A stretch of 64,000 bases of DNA from Candidatus Peribacteria bacterium (GTDB lineage Bacteria; Patescibacteriota; Gracilibacteria; Peribacterales; Peribacteraceae): positions 21,639-85,638 of the forward strand of contig JBEPVF010000005.1 in assembly GCA_041691135.1 (NCBI GenBank), in the 5' to 3' direction. The position numbers and the translations under genes were made by a program. This document shows, in pieces, positions 31,053-41,760 of the stretch; position 1 is the first letter of the stretch; each line of letters begins with the position of its first letter. The notes beneath the pieces were generated by a model. The model saw only the letters and a list, made by a program, of their open reading frames with translations. It was not told the origin of the DNA and did not search any database.

Positions 31053-32239
31053 TATTCACTGACCGGTGTCGCATGCACCAAGTATCGCTGCTTGATGCTA
31101 TCAGGTGGCCAACACGTGTACAGAATCAACTCCTCGCCATCACCCTGGAAACGACTCATATCCGACGCATCCACCGTTTCTTTGAGCGTAACTTCGTACG
31201 TGTAGACCGTGCCATGGTAGTTAACATATACACGATCGCCGACGTTCAGTTTATTGATGCCACGGAAGACTTTCGTGTATTGAGAGATGTCCCATGGATA
31301 ACCACTGCTGTGTCCATAGATCATCACTTTCGTGCCGCTACCCGGATACCCGAACAGATTGCCCACACCGTATTTAAGCGGCGCCAGAATTCCTTCACTC
31401 GTGAAAGGATCGTCTGGACGCGCTATTTTGAGATCCAGAATATTGATCGATGGCAAACTGATGGCAAAGTAAGTCGATTCGGATGATGATGAGGCTTGCA
31501 CTACAGGCGTTGCTGTCGTAGTCGCCGGAGCATCGACAGGCATCGTAGTGGGATTTGAAATGATTGGCGTCGTACCCGAATCAGCCGGCATCGAACCGCT
31601 GGGGCCAGGGAACTCGGTGAGTTTTCGTTTTTGGATGCTAGCCAGACGGTAAGCGATATTGAAGAACTGGCCGCGCGTGAGAGCGTAACCCATGTACAAC
31701 GTATCCGATGGGGAGAACAGATTTTTCTGTTTGGCATCATTGATGTAGCCAACGTACCAATGATCACCCGAATCCTGTGGCAACTGCGCCGTGGCAAGCA
31801 TGACGGAACTCTTTTGATTGGCACGTAAGAGCAAAGCAATTGCCTCTTCGGTCCGTACCGGATATTCAGGATGGAACGTTCCATCCGGATAACCCGTAAT
31901 CAACCCGTCGGCAAAAGCAGCTTCGATGTACGGGGCGATCCAGGAACTCTGATCAATATCGCGAAACAATGGCAGTGGTGGCATGTGCGATGCGTAGTAC
32001 TGCACACGAGCGCGGGAAACCGGATCGATGTCCATCACCACTTTAAGCGCCTCCGCTCGGTTGATGGTGTTATTGGGCAATCCAGCACCGTTGACACCCT
32101 GAACTACCCCTTCTTGTACGAGATACGCATACGCCTCGTCATAGGGAGTTCCGGCCACATCATAAAAAGAAGCAGCGCTCCCTGCCAACGGTAGTAGTAA
32201 TAATATCAAGAGAGCCACAGATGAAAGCCCTTTTTGCAT
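31052..32239 (-). CDS. sortase with N-terminal S-layer homology domains
   Basis: INRAEA, GYPDGTFHP, LTRGQF SLH motifs; sortase IYGHSS, LYTCWPP, R. Confidence 0.88.
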   Translation of the reverse strand: MQKGLSSVALLILLLLPLAGSAASFYDVAGTPYDEAYAYLVQEGVVQGVNGAGLPNNTINRAEALKVVMDIDPVSRARVQYYASHMPPLPLFRDIDQSSWIAPYIEAAFADGLITGYPDGTFHPEYPVRTEEAIALLLRANQKSSVMLATAQLPQDSGDHWYVGYINDAKQKNLFSPSDTLYMGYALTRGQFFNIAYRLASIQKRKLTEFPGPSGSMPADSGTTPIISNPTTMPVDAPATTTATPVVQASSSSESTYFAISLPSINILDLKIARPDDPFTSEGILAPLKYGVGNLFGYPGSGTKVMIYGHSSGYPWDISQYTKVFRGINKLNVGDRVYVNYHGTVYTYEVTLKETVDASDMSRFQGDGEELILYTCWPPDSIKQRYLVHATPVSE

Positions 32240-32408
32240 AGGTTTATATAGTAATATAATTACAAAATAAGTCAATACTCACCCTACAACTCCCACCTAG
32301 GCATTGTAGACGTTAAAGGTGCCATTTCTTACAAAAGAGCACTTCTCAGCTTGTGTCCTTTGCCGCATACTCTCAGCCCAAACCGTAGGTCAGTTTCCTT
32401 ATTTTCTC

Positions 32409-33503
32409 ATGGCACTTCAGGTAGGTATCGTCGGATTACCGAATGTCGGCAAATCAACTCTCTTCAACGCTCTCACGCGGAGCCGTGGCGCACAGGCGGC
32501 CAACTATCCATTCTGTACCATCGATCCCAACGTCGGCATTGTCGAGGTGCCAGACGAACGACTTTCTAAGCTTGCCGAGTTGGTACAACCGGAAAAAGTG
32601 ATTCCGGCCGCGGTTGAATTCGTCGATATCGCAGGACTGGTAAAAGGGGCCAGTGTAGGTGAAGGTCTGGGCAATAAATTTCTGAGTCATATTCGCGAAG
32701 TGGATGCCATTTGCCATGTCGTACGCGCTTTCGGCGGCACCGATATTATCCACGTGGAAGGCACTGTCGATCCACAGCGCGACCGAGAAATTATCGAAAC
32801 CGAATTGATCCTGGCAGATTTGGATTCACTGACAAAAAGACTGGATAAGATCCAGGGGGCCGCACGCAGTGGAGATAAGAATAAAATTATTGAACAAGAA
32901 GTGGCTGTTAAAATTCTTTCAGCCCTGAATGAAAACAAAAAAGCCTCATCTATTCCTTTTAAAAAAGAACAGCAGGCGATTGCAAAAAGTTTTCAACTTC
33001 TCAGCAGTAAACCCATGATTTATGCCGTAAATGTGGCTGAGCAGGAGCTCAAAACATCAAGTATCGAACAGGCCAAAAAGAATTTGGGATTGGATACTGA
33101 TGCTTCTCTTGTATTAATTTCAGCAAAGATTGAAGAGGATTTGATGGAACTTTCTCCTGAGGACGCGCAAGTATTCCTCGAAGATCTTGGCGTGTCCTCA
33201 TCCGGATTAGATCGTCTGATTCGGGAAGCCTATCGAACACTTGGGCTTATTACGTACTTCACAGCCGGCGAAAAAGAAGTTCGCTCATGGACAGTGCGCC
33301 AAGGATCGACCGGTCCACAGGCAGCCGGTGTGATTCACACTGACTTCGAACGCGGATTTATCTGCGCCGAAACAATTGCCTACAACGACTACATCGCCGC
33401 TGGCAGTGAACAAAAGGCCAAGGAAATGGGCAAAATGCGCATTGAAGGAAAGGAATACATCGTAAAAGATGGTGATGTGATGCATTTCCGTTTCAATGTC
33501 TAA
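32409..33503 (+). CDS. ychF: redox-regulated ATPase YchF
   Basis: [36 protein letters not shown]-terminus. Confidence 0.97.
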   Translation: MALQVGIVGLPNVGKSTLFNALTRSRGAQAANYPFCTIDPNVGIVEVPDERLSKLAELVQPEKVIPAAVEFVDIAGLVKGASVGEGLGNKFLSHIREVDAICHVVRAFGGTDIIHVEGTVDPQRDREIIETELILADLDSLTKRLDKIQGAARSGDKNKIIEQEVAVKILSALNENKKASSIPFKKEQQAIAKSFQLLSSKPMIYAVNVAEQELKTSSIEQAKKNLGLDTDASLVLISAKIEEDLMELSPEDAQVFLEDLGVSSSGLDRLIREAYRTLGLITYFTAGEKEVRSWTVRQGSTGPQAAGVIHTDFERGFICAETIAYNDYIAAGSEQKAKEMGKMRIEGKEYIVKDGDVMHFRFNV

Positions 33504-33504
33504 C

Positions 33505-33804
33505 ATGCCATTTATTGCGCGAGAAGAACCGTTCATCTGCGGAAATTGCGGAGCATCCGTTGCCCCTCTCGGCCGTGGCTCCTACCGAAATCACTGTCCT
33601 CTGTGTCTCTATTCAAAGCATGTGGACCAAGACGGTCCAGGCGACCGCGCATCCGACTGCCTGGGATTAATGAAACCGATTGGAATGGATTTTCGCTCCA
33701 GTAAGGGGTGGATGATAATTCACATCTGTACTCTGTGTGGCAAAAAAATACTCAATAAGGCTGCGCCTGACGATAATTTAGAAAAATTACATGAACAAGT
33801 ATAA
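33505..33804 (+). CDS. RNHCP domain zinc-binding protein
   Basis: CGNC..RNHCPLCLYSKHVD..PGDRASDC. Confidence 0.92.
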   Translation: MPFIAREEPFICGNCGASVAPLGRGSYRNHCPLCLYSKHVDQDGPGDRASDCLGLMKPIGMDFRSSKGWMIIHICTLCGKKILNKAAPDDNLEKLHEQV

Positions 33805-34484
33805 TGATCATGAATACTTTTTTTGTTTCTATTTATACTTATCTGTATTCAAAAATTTAAATTTATTTCTATTTTTATTTTTAAATATATATAGACTATC
33901 TGCCATGCGAGGTTGGAATGAAGTAAAAAAAAGTAACCCATATGGTCTATTCCTTATCAAAATCAAAGCGGCATCTCTCTTTTCTATGATCACGCCAATT
34001 GCTAGCTGGTCTTCGATGGTATATCGCAAAAAAATATCCCACTTGTTCAAGATATTGATCATCACATGCGTTGGATGTTGAATGAATGTTACAAAATTTG
34101 AATTGCTATTTTTATCTTAAAGTTTTGAAATGTTATGATTTTTTGTGTCTGAGTTATTTGACGTAAAGCATTTTTGTCGAGAACAAAAATTGTTCAGCTA
34201 TTTTCTAAACTGCCTCTATTCGCCAATTCACCTTTTCTTGACAGTTGAATTAAACACGAAGAAATACTCTCTACAGAGCGCCGCACACATAGTCTTGAAA
34301 TAATATTTTGAACAAGTATCGTTTGCCCTTGTTCCGCCAGGTGCTTTTGGCCCCTGAGAAGTCTTCTTCCTGTTCGCGTATGCGTATCCACCGCGCTCTG
34401 CTCCTCATCTCTCTATTTGGGATCTTGTTTATCCCCGGTTTCTTCTAAATCAATCACGCCTGAAGCGTGCAGGGCTATCGGGTC

Positions 34485-34928
34485 CTACACCTCCTTCAGT
34501 AGCTGAGAAAGGTACCGCTCACTCGCCATTGGCTTGAGCGGTATTTTTTCCTGCACGTTCCCTTCTAGGACCACCACGAGTTGGTCTTGCTGCGTCGTCG
34601 GATGCGAGGAAACGGCGAGTAAAAATTGTCCTCTCTCGATCAATTGCTTTGTTTCGGAGCTTGCCGCTGTCGTATCTATCATTTGCTCCATTCCCAGCTC
34701 GGCGATATCACGTTCCACTTGGGAACGTAATGCTTTCTGCAGCTCCGGCTCCGTTTCCAGTGCAAATTTGAATTCAGCCAGGTGTTCATTTTTATTCATT
34801 TCATCGGCTAAGTCCTCCGGACCTTTTACTTTTTCACGCAATGCCGCGTATTCAATCGGGCTGCGCAGTCGGCGCTGAATGCGTTCGCGCACGCCGCTCG
34901 GCAAATTATCCAAAAATGAATCAGACAT
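34485..34928 (-). CDS. hypothetical protein
   Basis: Plausible helical ORF, no motif recognised. Confidence 0.65.
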   Translation of the reverse strand: MSDSFLDNLPSGVRERIQRRLRSPIEYAALREKVKGPEDLADEMNKNEHLAEFKFALETEPELQKALRSQVERDIAELGMEQMIDTTAASSETKQLIERGQFLLAVSSHPTTQQDQLVVVLEGNVQEKIPLKPMASERYLSQLLKEV

Positions 34929-35010
34929 GTACCTATGGTAGCCCACGAAATAGGTACTGCGACATGCCTCAACACTTCGGAAAGTGGAAGTCGGCCTCTA
35001 AGTGAGTAGT

Positions 35011-35208
35011 ATGACCCCAATGCTCACCTTCGTCGCCATCCTCGTCATTCTCTGGGCGTTCTATATTATCCTGCTGCTGGAACAAATCCGCGCACTACTT
35101 GCCAAATTAGTTGAAAAAGATCGCCCATTCGGCCCGCGTGTCGCTCCACCGCCACGCTCAATGCACGAAGCTCCGGATGAAGCGACTTTGCACGATGTAG
35201 AGCGATAA
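35011..35208 (+). CDS. small single-TM hypothetical protein
   Basis: N-terminal hydrophobic helix. Confidence 0.55.
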   Translation: MTPMLTFVAILVILWAFYIILLLEQIRALLAKLVEKDRPFGPRVAPPPRSMHEAPDEATLHDVER

Positions 35209-35377
35209 ACAGTTACTGAAGAGAAAAATCGCCTCTGTTGTTCAAATACATAACAGATTTATTTTGGCTCTTATAAGAAGAAAAAATAAAATAGATGATC
35301 TTCAACGTTCATTTCTTTGACAGGCAGAATAACGATGCGTATGGTGTGCGCGATTTTTCATCTTCCACTTCTTCATC

Positions 35378-35608
35378 ATGACAAACCCTAACCGATCGTA
35401 TGGCCAAGAAATTGCGGCTCAAGAAATGATAGAAGCCCCTGGTCCTGCTGATATGACAAATAGACTTGAACAAATACTGAATGGCCAGACAGGCTCTCTT
35501 CAAGGAATACAGAAGGTTATACTGGACAGGAAAGCTACACGAGCGCAACAAGCAAACTCGCAGCCTCAAATTAAAGCTGCAGAAAGGGCAGTGCTCGAAA
35601 ATGAATAA
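35378..35608 (+). CDS. small hypothetical protein
   Basis: 76-aa ORF followed by a terminator. Confidence 0.5.
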   Translation: MTNPNRSYGQEIAAQEMIEAPGPADMTNRLEQILNGQTGSLQGIQKVILDRKATRAQQANSQPQIKAAERAVLENE

Positions 35609-35624
35609 CTAACGTAGATTTTTT

Positions 35625-35654
35625 AAAAAGCCGAGGTTCCGCCCCGGCTTTTTT
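35625..35654. terminator. bidirectional intrinsic terminator
   Basis: AAAAAGCCGAGG-TTCCG-CCCCGGCTTTTTT between convergent genes. Confidence 0.8.
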
Positions 35655-35702
35655 CTCCGCTCCTCTTTATCTCCGCTATCCAATACATAGTGAATCAGCG
35701 TT

Positions 35703-38700
35703 TTAGCTGCAGCCGGACGTAGCACCGCAATCCAAACATAGTTCACACGAACCATTGCGCTTCATTTTGGTCGATCCGCAGCCGGTGCATACCGATCCGG
35801 TAAAGCCTTGTAACTTGGCTTGTTCCAGAGGCGAATCGAGGGACGTGGTAGTCGAACTGGTTGCCGTCACATCCACTTCTTCCGTCACCTCCATCGAAAA
35901 CAACGGTGCTTCTTCGACCGTTGTTCCTTCATCGATCACCGGCAAACGCATAGCGAAGGCATCTTTGCTCTTGGAGCCTGTCGCGTACGCGCGCTCGATC
36001 AATTCTGAGTTGTGGTACTTTTTGGCCTTCTCCTTGGCAAGGAATTTGAGTGCCAGCCAGCGACCCATGTAATCCATGATCGATTTGACCATCGGCACTT
36101 CTTTGTTGGTTGTCATACCCATCGGTTCGAAGCGGGTGTGGACAAGCTTTGCGCACAGCACCTCCAGCGGCACACCGTACTGCAGGTTCATCGAGAGCGA
36201 GAGCGCCAGCGTATCCATCACACCCGAGAGCGTAGATCCTTCTTTGCTCATCTTGATGAAGATCTCGCCCGGAGTGCCATCTTCGTACATGCCCACGTGG
36301 ATGTAGCCTTCGTGGCCGGCAACGTTGAATTTGTGTGCGATGGCGACACGCTCCTGCGGCAACTTGCGACGACGAGGGACCTCTTTGACTACGATCTTCT
36401 CGACGGTTTTGATCTCCACTTCTTTCTTGGTTTCTTTTTTGTCCGACTTATTGCTGAGTGCCTGGCTCATCTTGGAACCATCGCGGTAAAGCGCATTGGC
36501 TTTGAGCGCCAGCTTCCAGCTGAGGAAGTAGGCATTCTTGATATCTTCCACCGTGGCCTCGTGCGGCAGATTGATGGTCTTGGAAATGGCGCCCGAAATG
36601 AACGGCTGGCTGGCCGCCATCATACGGATATGGCCCTCGGCAGCAATGTAACGCTTACCGATCTTGCCGCACTTACTGGCACAATCGAATACCGCTAGAT
36701 GCTCATTCTTGAGCTGTGGTGCGCCTTCGACTGTCATGTGCCCACAGATCGTTACGTTTGCTTCCTCGATCTGCTGGGGCGTAAAGCCGAGCTTGTGGAG
36801 GACACTGAGTGACGCATCATTGATCTCTGCATCACTGAATCCCAACCGCTTGAGCGTATCGTCGCCGAGCGTCCAGCGGTTGAATACGAAACCGATCTCG
36901 AACACCGACGGCAGTTTCTTTTCGATATTGGCAATATCCTGATCGGTGAAGCCTTTGTCCTTCAGACTGGTACGATTGATATGTGGCGCACCTTCCAGGC
37001 TCAGCGTTCCCATCACATAACGCATGATGTCGCGCATTTCGGTATCCGTGTACCCAAGTGCCGTGAGTGCCGGAGCGACGGACTGGTTGGCAATCTTCAT
37101 GTACCCGCCACCGGCGAGTTTCTTAAACTTCACGAGTGCAAAATCGGGCTCTACGCCGGTCGTATCACAATCCATCAGCAGACCGATGGTGCCCGTGGGT
37201 GCGATAACCGTGACTTGCGCATTGCGGAACCCATGCTTCTCGCCTTCGATGAGCGCACGGTCCCAACACTCCTTGGCAGCTTCCAGAAACTCAAACGGAC
37301 ACACCTCTTGATCGATACCCACTGGCAACACATGCAAGCCTTCGTATTCCTTGACCGGCGCATCGTAAGCGGCACGACGATGGTTGCGGATCACACGGAG
37401 CATGGAATCGCGGTTTGCCTGGTAGCGCGGGAATGTGCCCAAGTGCTTGGCCATTTCGGCTGACGTCGCATAGCTCTCGCCGGTAAGGATGGCAGTGAGC
37501 GCACCGCAGAGGGCACGGCCCTGTTCGCTGTCGTATGGGATGCCCATGCGCATAAGGAGGGCACCGAGGTTGGCGTATCCCAAGCCAAGTGTGCGGAATT
37601 TGTAGCTCAGTTCGGCTATTTCGCGACTGGGGAATTGCGCCATCAGCACCGAAATTTCGAGGACAACCGTCCAGAGACGAATGGCGTGACGGTAGCGATC
37701 GATAGAGAATTCACCCGACGCCTGATCGTAGAACTTGAGCAAATTGAGTGATGCCAGGTTGCAGGCAGTGTTATCGAGGAACATGTACTCGCTGCACGGA
37801 TTGCTGGCATTGATGCGGCCATCTGCCGGACATGTATGCCATTCATTGATCGTCGTGTCGTATTGCAATCCGGGATCGGCACAGGCCCACGCGGCGTACC
37901 CGATCTGATCCCACAGCGTACGTGCCTTCAGCGTCTTGGATGGCACAGGGTCGCGACCTTCTTGTTTGGCTTTCTTAAGCTCCGTACGCCAGTACATGCT
38001 CCAGTCACCATCTTTCTCGACGGCTTGGAAAAAGTCGTGTGGTACGCGGACGGAGTTATTGGAGTTTTGTCCCGAAACGGTGAGGTACGCCTCGCCATTA
38101 AAGTCGCTGTCGTAACCGGCGGCTACAAGCGCGGCGACTTTTTTCTCCTCATTCACTTTCCAGTTGATGAATTCTTCGATGTCCGGATGATCGAGATTCA
38201 GGCACACCATCTTGGCTGCACGACGCGTGGTACCGCCGGACTTAATAGCTCCCGCAGCGCGATCACCGATTTTGAGGAAGCTCATCAGACCCGAGCTGCG
38301 ACCACCGCCCGATAACGGTTCGTTGGCACCACGGAGACTGCTGAAATTCGTTCCCGTACCGGATCCGAACTTGAAGAGACGCGCCTCGCGGACCCACAGG
38401 TCCATGATACCTCCCTCATTCACCATGTCATCGGCAACGGATTGAATGAAACATGCATGTGGCTGCGGATGCGTGTACGCATCTTCGCTTTTTTTCACTT
38501 CGCCGGTGGTCGGTTCAATATAGTAGTGACCCTGGGATGGCCCAGTGATGCCGTACGCGGTGTTGAGACCGGTATTGAACCACTGAGGACTATTAGGAGC
38601 CGACATCTGGTGCACCAACATGTAGCTGAGTTCATCTTCGAAGGCCTGCGCATCCTGCGATGTTTCGAAGTATCCGTGCTTCTCTCCCCACTGTCGCCAG

Positions 38701-39074
38701 CACCCGGCCAAACGACGCACTACTTGCTTCACACTGCGTTCGGGCCCCTTCACCACTTCGCCCTTGTCGTCGCGCAGTGCATTGCCCTGATCATCATATT
38801 GAGGCACACCAGCCTTGCGGAAGTACTTGCTCACGACAATATCCGTCGCCACCTGGCTCCAGTCGGCAGGGATCTCCGCCCCTTCCATTTCAAATACGAC
38901 TGATCCATCGGTGTTGGTAATACGCGAGACACGCTTGTCATACGTCACTTCCTCCAACGGGTCCGACCCCGGCGTCGTAAAGACACGCTCAACAGTCAGT
39001 CCGCCATTTTTGGCGAGGCTGGTATCGAGTGGCGTTTCGGACGAAGAGACGGGAGATGCAGAGGAAGGGTTCAT
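35703..39074 (-). CDS. nrdJ: class II (adenosylcobalamin-dependent) ribonucleotide reductase
   Basis: PNSPQWFN, HACFIQSV, TTRRAAKM, ASNPCSE, IAPTGT, SGAISKT, C-terminal Zn ribbon ending GCS. Confidence 0.95.
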   Translation of the reverse strand: MNPSSASPVSSSETPLDTSLAKNGGLTVERVFTTPGSDPLEEVTYDKRVSRITNTDGSVVFEMEGAEIPADWSQVATDIVVSKYFRKAGVPQYDDQGNALRDDKGEVVKGPERSVKQVVRRLAGCWRQWGEKHGYFETSQDAQAFEDELSYMLVHQMSAPNSPQWFNTGLNTAYGITGPSQGHYYIEPTTGEVKKSEDAYTHPQPHACFIQSVADDMVNEGGIMDLWVREARLFKFGSGTGTNFSSLRGANEPLSGGGRSSGLMSFLKIGDRAAGAIKSGGTTRRAAKMVCLNLDHPDIEEFINWKVNEEKKVAALVAAGYDSDFNGEAYLTVSGQNSNNSVRVPHDFFQAVEKDGDWSMYWRTELKKAKQEGRDPVPSKTLKARTLWDQIGYAAWACADPGLQYDTTINEWHTCPADGRINASNPCSEYMFLDNTACNLASLNLLKFYDQASGEFSIDRYRHAIRLWTVVLEISVLMAQFPSREIAELSYKFRTLGLGYANLGALLMRMGIPYDSEQGRALCGALTAILTGESYATSAEMAKHLGTFPRYQANRDSMLRVIRNHRRAAYDAPVKEYEGLHVLPVGIDQEVCPFEFLEAAKECWDRALIEGEKHGFRNAQVTVIAPTGTIGLLMDCDTTGVEPDFALVKFKKLAGGGYMKIANQSVAPALTALGYTDTEMRDIMRYVMGTLSLEGAPHINRTSLKDKGFTDQDIANIEKKLPSVFEIGFVFNRWTLGDDTLKRLGFSDAEINDASLSVLHKLGFTPQQIEEANVTICGHMTVEGAPQLKNEHLAVFDCASKCGKIGKRYIAAEGHIRMMAASQPFISGAISKTINLPHEATVEDIKNAYFLSWKLALKANALYRDGSKMSQALSNKSDKKETKKEVEIKTVEKIVVKEVPRRRKLPQERVAIAHKFNVAGHEGYIHVGMYEDGTPGEIFIKMSKEGSTLSGVMDTLALSLSMNLQYGVPLEVLCAKLVHTRFEPMGMTTNKEVPMVKSIMDYMGRWLALKFLAKEKAKKYHNSELIERAYATGSKSKDAFAMRLPVIDEGTTVEEAPLFSMEVTEEVDVTATSSTTTSLDSPLEQAKLQGFTGSVCTGCGSTKMKRNGSCELCLDCGATSGCS

Positions 39075-39093
39075 AAGACGAAAATGGTAAGAA

Positions 39094-39141
39094 ACACAAT
39101 ATGTAGGTTCTGTTATGGAACAACCATACAAGATATTGGAT
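39094..39141. promoter_or_regulatory. tandem NrdR boxes
   Basis: acaCAATATGTAGgtt (39094-39109) and ataCAAGATATTGgat (39126-39141), starts 32 bp apart, matching acaCwAtATaTwGtgt upstream of nrdJ. Confidence 0.85.
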
Positions 39142-39330
39142 CAGACACCGAGGGTCAAGACTGGCGTTCCATGAGGAGACAGATCGTAGATGACGGCTGT
39201 GGATTGAGCAAAAATTGAAGTGAGTTTTGTAGACATTTGATAGCTCCAACACAAAGCAAAAATCTGAGCAAAGGAAAAGTGAGACCAGTTCATGTCATCG
39301 TCATCTGACATCCCCTACACTTGATCTCCT

Positions 39331-40026
39331 ATGAGCCAAAAAACTGATGTGCATCTGCTGGTTATCGTCGCCGGCACGAATGATCCGAGCAACTGCGATA
39401 CGCTTGCCGAGAGCTTTATAAAGGGCATACACGAAGGAGAAGACGTGATAGTCGAGAAAGTTCGTCTGAAGGATCTGTCGATCGATCACTTTAGCCTTGA
39501 GTACTACAAACCGGATGCGGACCAAGGCAAAGACTTCACTGAGTTGCAAAAGAAAATCGAGAGCGCGGATGGCATTGTGATTGCCAGTCCGATATGGAAC
39601 TTCGCCGTGCCCGCGCACCTCAAAAATCTGATCGATCGCATGGGTAGCTTCTGTCTGGATCCAGAGACACACACCAAAGGGCTGCTGGGCAACAAGCCGT
39701 TCCATCTGATTCTTACCGCCGGTGCCGGCATGTTCGTATGGAACACCGTGATGGAAAATTCGACCAGCTTCCTGCGCGAAGGCATCAAATACTTCGGCGG
39801 CACCGTGATCGGCACTCATTTTGAACCGAAGTGCACGTTGCACGATCGCACCTTCGGTTTGGTGGTCGATAAGCGGCCAGAGTCACTTATGGCAGTACAA
39901 AAAAAGGGCAAAGACTTCGCGTTGATCGTAAAGAATTTTGCTGCAAACGGATCGTTGCCAGCTCTCAGCAAAGGCAAGAGCCTATTCTACAATACGGCAC
40001 AGTGGGTGGTGAAGCGGATGACGTGA
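39331..40026 (+). CDS. NAD(P)H-dependent FMN reductase / flavodoxin-like protein
   Basis: ADGIVIASPIWNFAVPAHLKNLIDR. Confidence 0.88.
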   Translation: MSQKTDVHLLVIVAGTNDPSNCDTLAESFIKGIHEGEDVIVEKVRLKDLSIDHFSLEYYKPDADQGKDFTELQKKIESADGIVIASPIWNFAVPAHLKNLIDRMGSFCLDPETHTKGLLGNKPFHLILTAGAGMFVWNTVMENSTSFLREGIKYFGGTVIGTHFEPKCTLHDRTFGLVVDKRPESLMAVQKKGKDFALIVKNFAANGSLPALSKGKSLFYNTAQWVVKRMT

Positions 40027-40105
40027 TGTTCTATGGAGAGGGAGAACATACTTTTAGCTTTGGATCAGACAAAAGGGAGAGAGGAACAAATAATTTTTAT
40101 AATTA

Positions 40106-40126
40106 AGAGCGCCATGCTTGGCGCGG
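40106..40126. repeat. REP-like palindrome, left of RAYT
   Basis: AGAGCGCCATGCTTGGCGCGG, inverted relative to the right copy (one T shorter). Confidence 0.8.
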
Positions 40127-40144
40127 ATGGACGATAATAATTTC

Positions 40145-40591
40145 ATGTCTCAACGCCATCCCGTCCAGAATGAGCGAATGATGTTAGTCACAACCAATAC
40201 AAAAAACAGGGAGAAAATTTTCATCGATCCTGTCTATGCATATATAGCTTTGGAATCGATTTACCGTACACAAGAACGGCAACCCTTCTTTCTCTATGGA
40301 TTTGTAATTATGCCAGACCATTGTCATTTGCTTATCCGAGTACCTGAAGAAGGAGCTATTTCTCGAGTTATGTATGCATACAAAAGAAGTGTGTCATTCG
40401 AACTAGGAAAAGGTCCGATATGGCAACCACGATTCCATAGTAAAATCGCTGAAAATCCATCTGGAGCACTGCACTATATCCATTGGAATCCGGTAAAAGC
40501 TAAATTGTGTGAAATGCCAGAGAATTATCCTTGGTCATCGGCCTATGGAAAATGGGATGTGATGGAATTGGAATGGATATATGGAATATAA
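40145..40591 (+). mobile_element. REP-associated tyrosine transposase (RAYT, Y1/IS200-like HUH)
   Basis: FVIMPDHCHLLI (HUH), IWQPRFH, YIHWNPVKA, YPWSS; flanked by inverted palindromes; AT-rich. Confidence 0.9.
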
Positions 40592-40623
40592 GGCAAAAGA
40601 AAATTGTTCATTGTTGCCTACAA

Positions 40624-40645
40624 CCGCGCCAAAGCATGGCGCTCT
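40624..40645. repeat. REP-like palindrome, right of RAYT
   Basis: CCGCGCCAAAGCATGGCGCTCT. Confidence 0.8.
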
Positions 40646-40662
40646 CTAGGGTATTTTTATTA

Positions 40663-41664
40663 TTATTTTCCCACCAACACCACCTCCTCATCCATTATTC
40701 GAGCACCTTTGAACAAATCCCATGTTCGCTTTCCACCTTCAACCAAAATACTTGTGAGTCCATGGAATGAAACAGCTGGGGTCAAACATACACCCCACAG
40801 AGCTTGCCAATCGAACATGCCATCGCGCATTTCAATGGAAACAATGCGAACACCTTTGGACTCAATTCTCTTCTGCTTTTCCTGATCAATCGATGTATGG
40901 CTACAGGTGATTATTATTGTCCGCTCTCGTGATGCACCAGTGCAAACTTTGGCATCTTCCTGTACACGCAAATGCGGGTCCAGAACAATGCGATACGGCT
41001 GATACTGTTCTACTTTTGTATTCATATTTGAACCCTCTGCCAAGCGACTATCAAGTATTGGATCATCATTGATAATTGTCTGCACCCCCACAAGGATGGC
41101 ATCGGATGCCGCGCGGAGAAACGTATGGGTCCACACGTCCTGTGCAGCCGATGTGATCTTCAGTGGTTTGCCATCGATTTTTGCGACTTCGCCACTCGGT
41201 GTTCGAGCCGATTTCAGCGTGATCCATGGCCTGTTCTTCCTGCGCACAGAGATGAAACCGCGATTGAGCTTTTCGCATAGCGCGCGCTCAGTCGATGCTT
41301 CGCAATGAACTCCGGCTGCTTCAAGGGTTTTGATTCCTTGGCCGGCAACGCGGGGATCGGGATCGAGCATGCCATAGACAACATGTTTGATGCCTCTCTC
41401 GAGAATGATATCGGTGCATGGCGGCGTTTTCCCCTGGTGACAACAAGGTTCCAGGTTAACATAAAGTATATCACTTGATCTAATTTCTTGATCAAACTTT
41501 TGCAATAGCTCTCGCTCTGCATGTGTTTTTCCATACTCTGAATGATAGCCTTCGGCGATGATCTTTTCGTCACGAACAAGCACTGCACCAACCAGGGCGC
41601 CGTTGCCGACATGGCCACGGCCAAGAGAAGCGAGTTCCAGACATCGGTGCATGAAGGATTGCAT
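40663..41664 (-). CDS. ribD: riboflavin biosynthesis deaminase/reductase RibD
   Basis: HAE, LEPCCHQGKTPPC, DAILVGVQTIINDDP, ILVEGG. Confidence 0.93.
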   Translation of the reverse strand: MQSFMHRCLELASLGRGHVGNGALVGAVLVRDEKIIAEGYHSEYGKTHAERELLQKFDQEIRSSDILYVNLEPCCHQGKTPPCTDIILERGIKHVVYGMLDPDPRVAGQGIKTLEAAGVHCEASTERALCEKLNRGFISVRRKNRPWITLKSARTPSGEVAKIDGKPLKITSAAQDVWTHTFLRAASDAILVGVQTIINDDPILDSRLAEGSNMNTKVEQYQPYRIVLDPHLRVQEDAKVCTGASRERTIIITCSHTSIDQEKQKRIESKGVRIVSIEMRDGMFDWQALWGVCLTPAVSFHGLTSILVEGGKRTWDLFKGARIMDEEVVLVGK

Positions 41665-41692
41665 GGAACGATTCTAAACTAAATTCATGCAT

Positions 41693-41737
41693 AAAAAACC
41701 CCGTACCCTCTTCTTCGAAAAGGAGATGGTACGGGGG
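41693..41737 (-). terminator. intrinsic terminator after hisI
   Basis: Minus strand ACCCCGTACC...GGTACGGGG followed by TTTTTT. Confidence 0.75.
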
Positions 41738-41760
41738 TGTGATCAGTCAACAGACAGAGG

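Noticed and set aside
35703-39074. Intein or intron in nrdJ (also checked gyrB and rpoC)
   Set aside because: Frames are continuous and no intein splice motifs are visible; the gyrB insert is a short acidic loop
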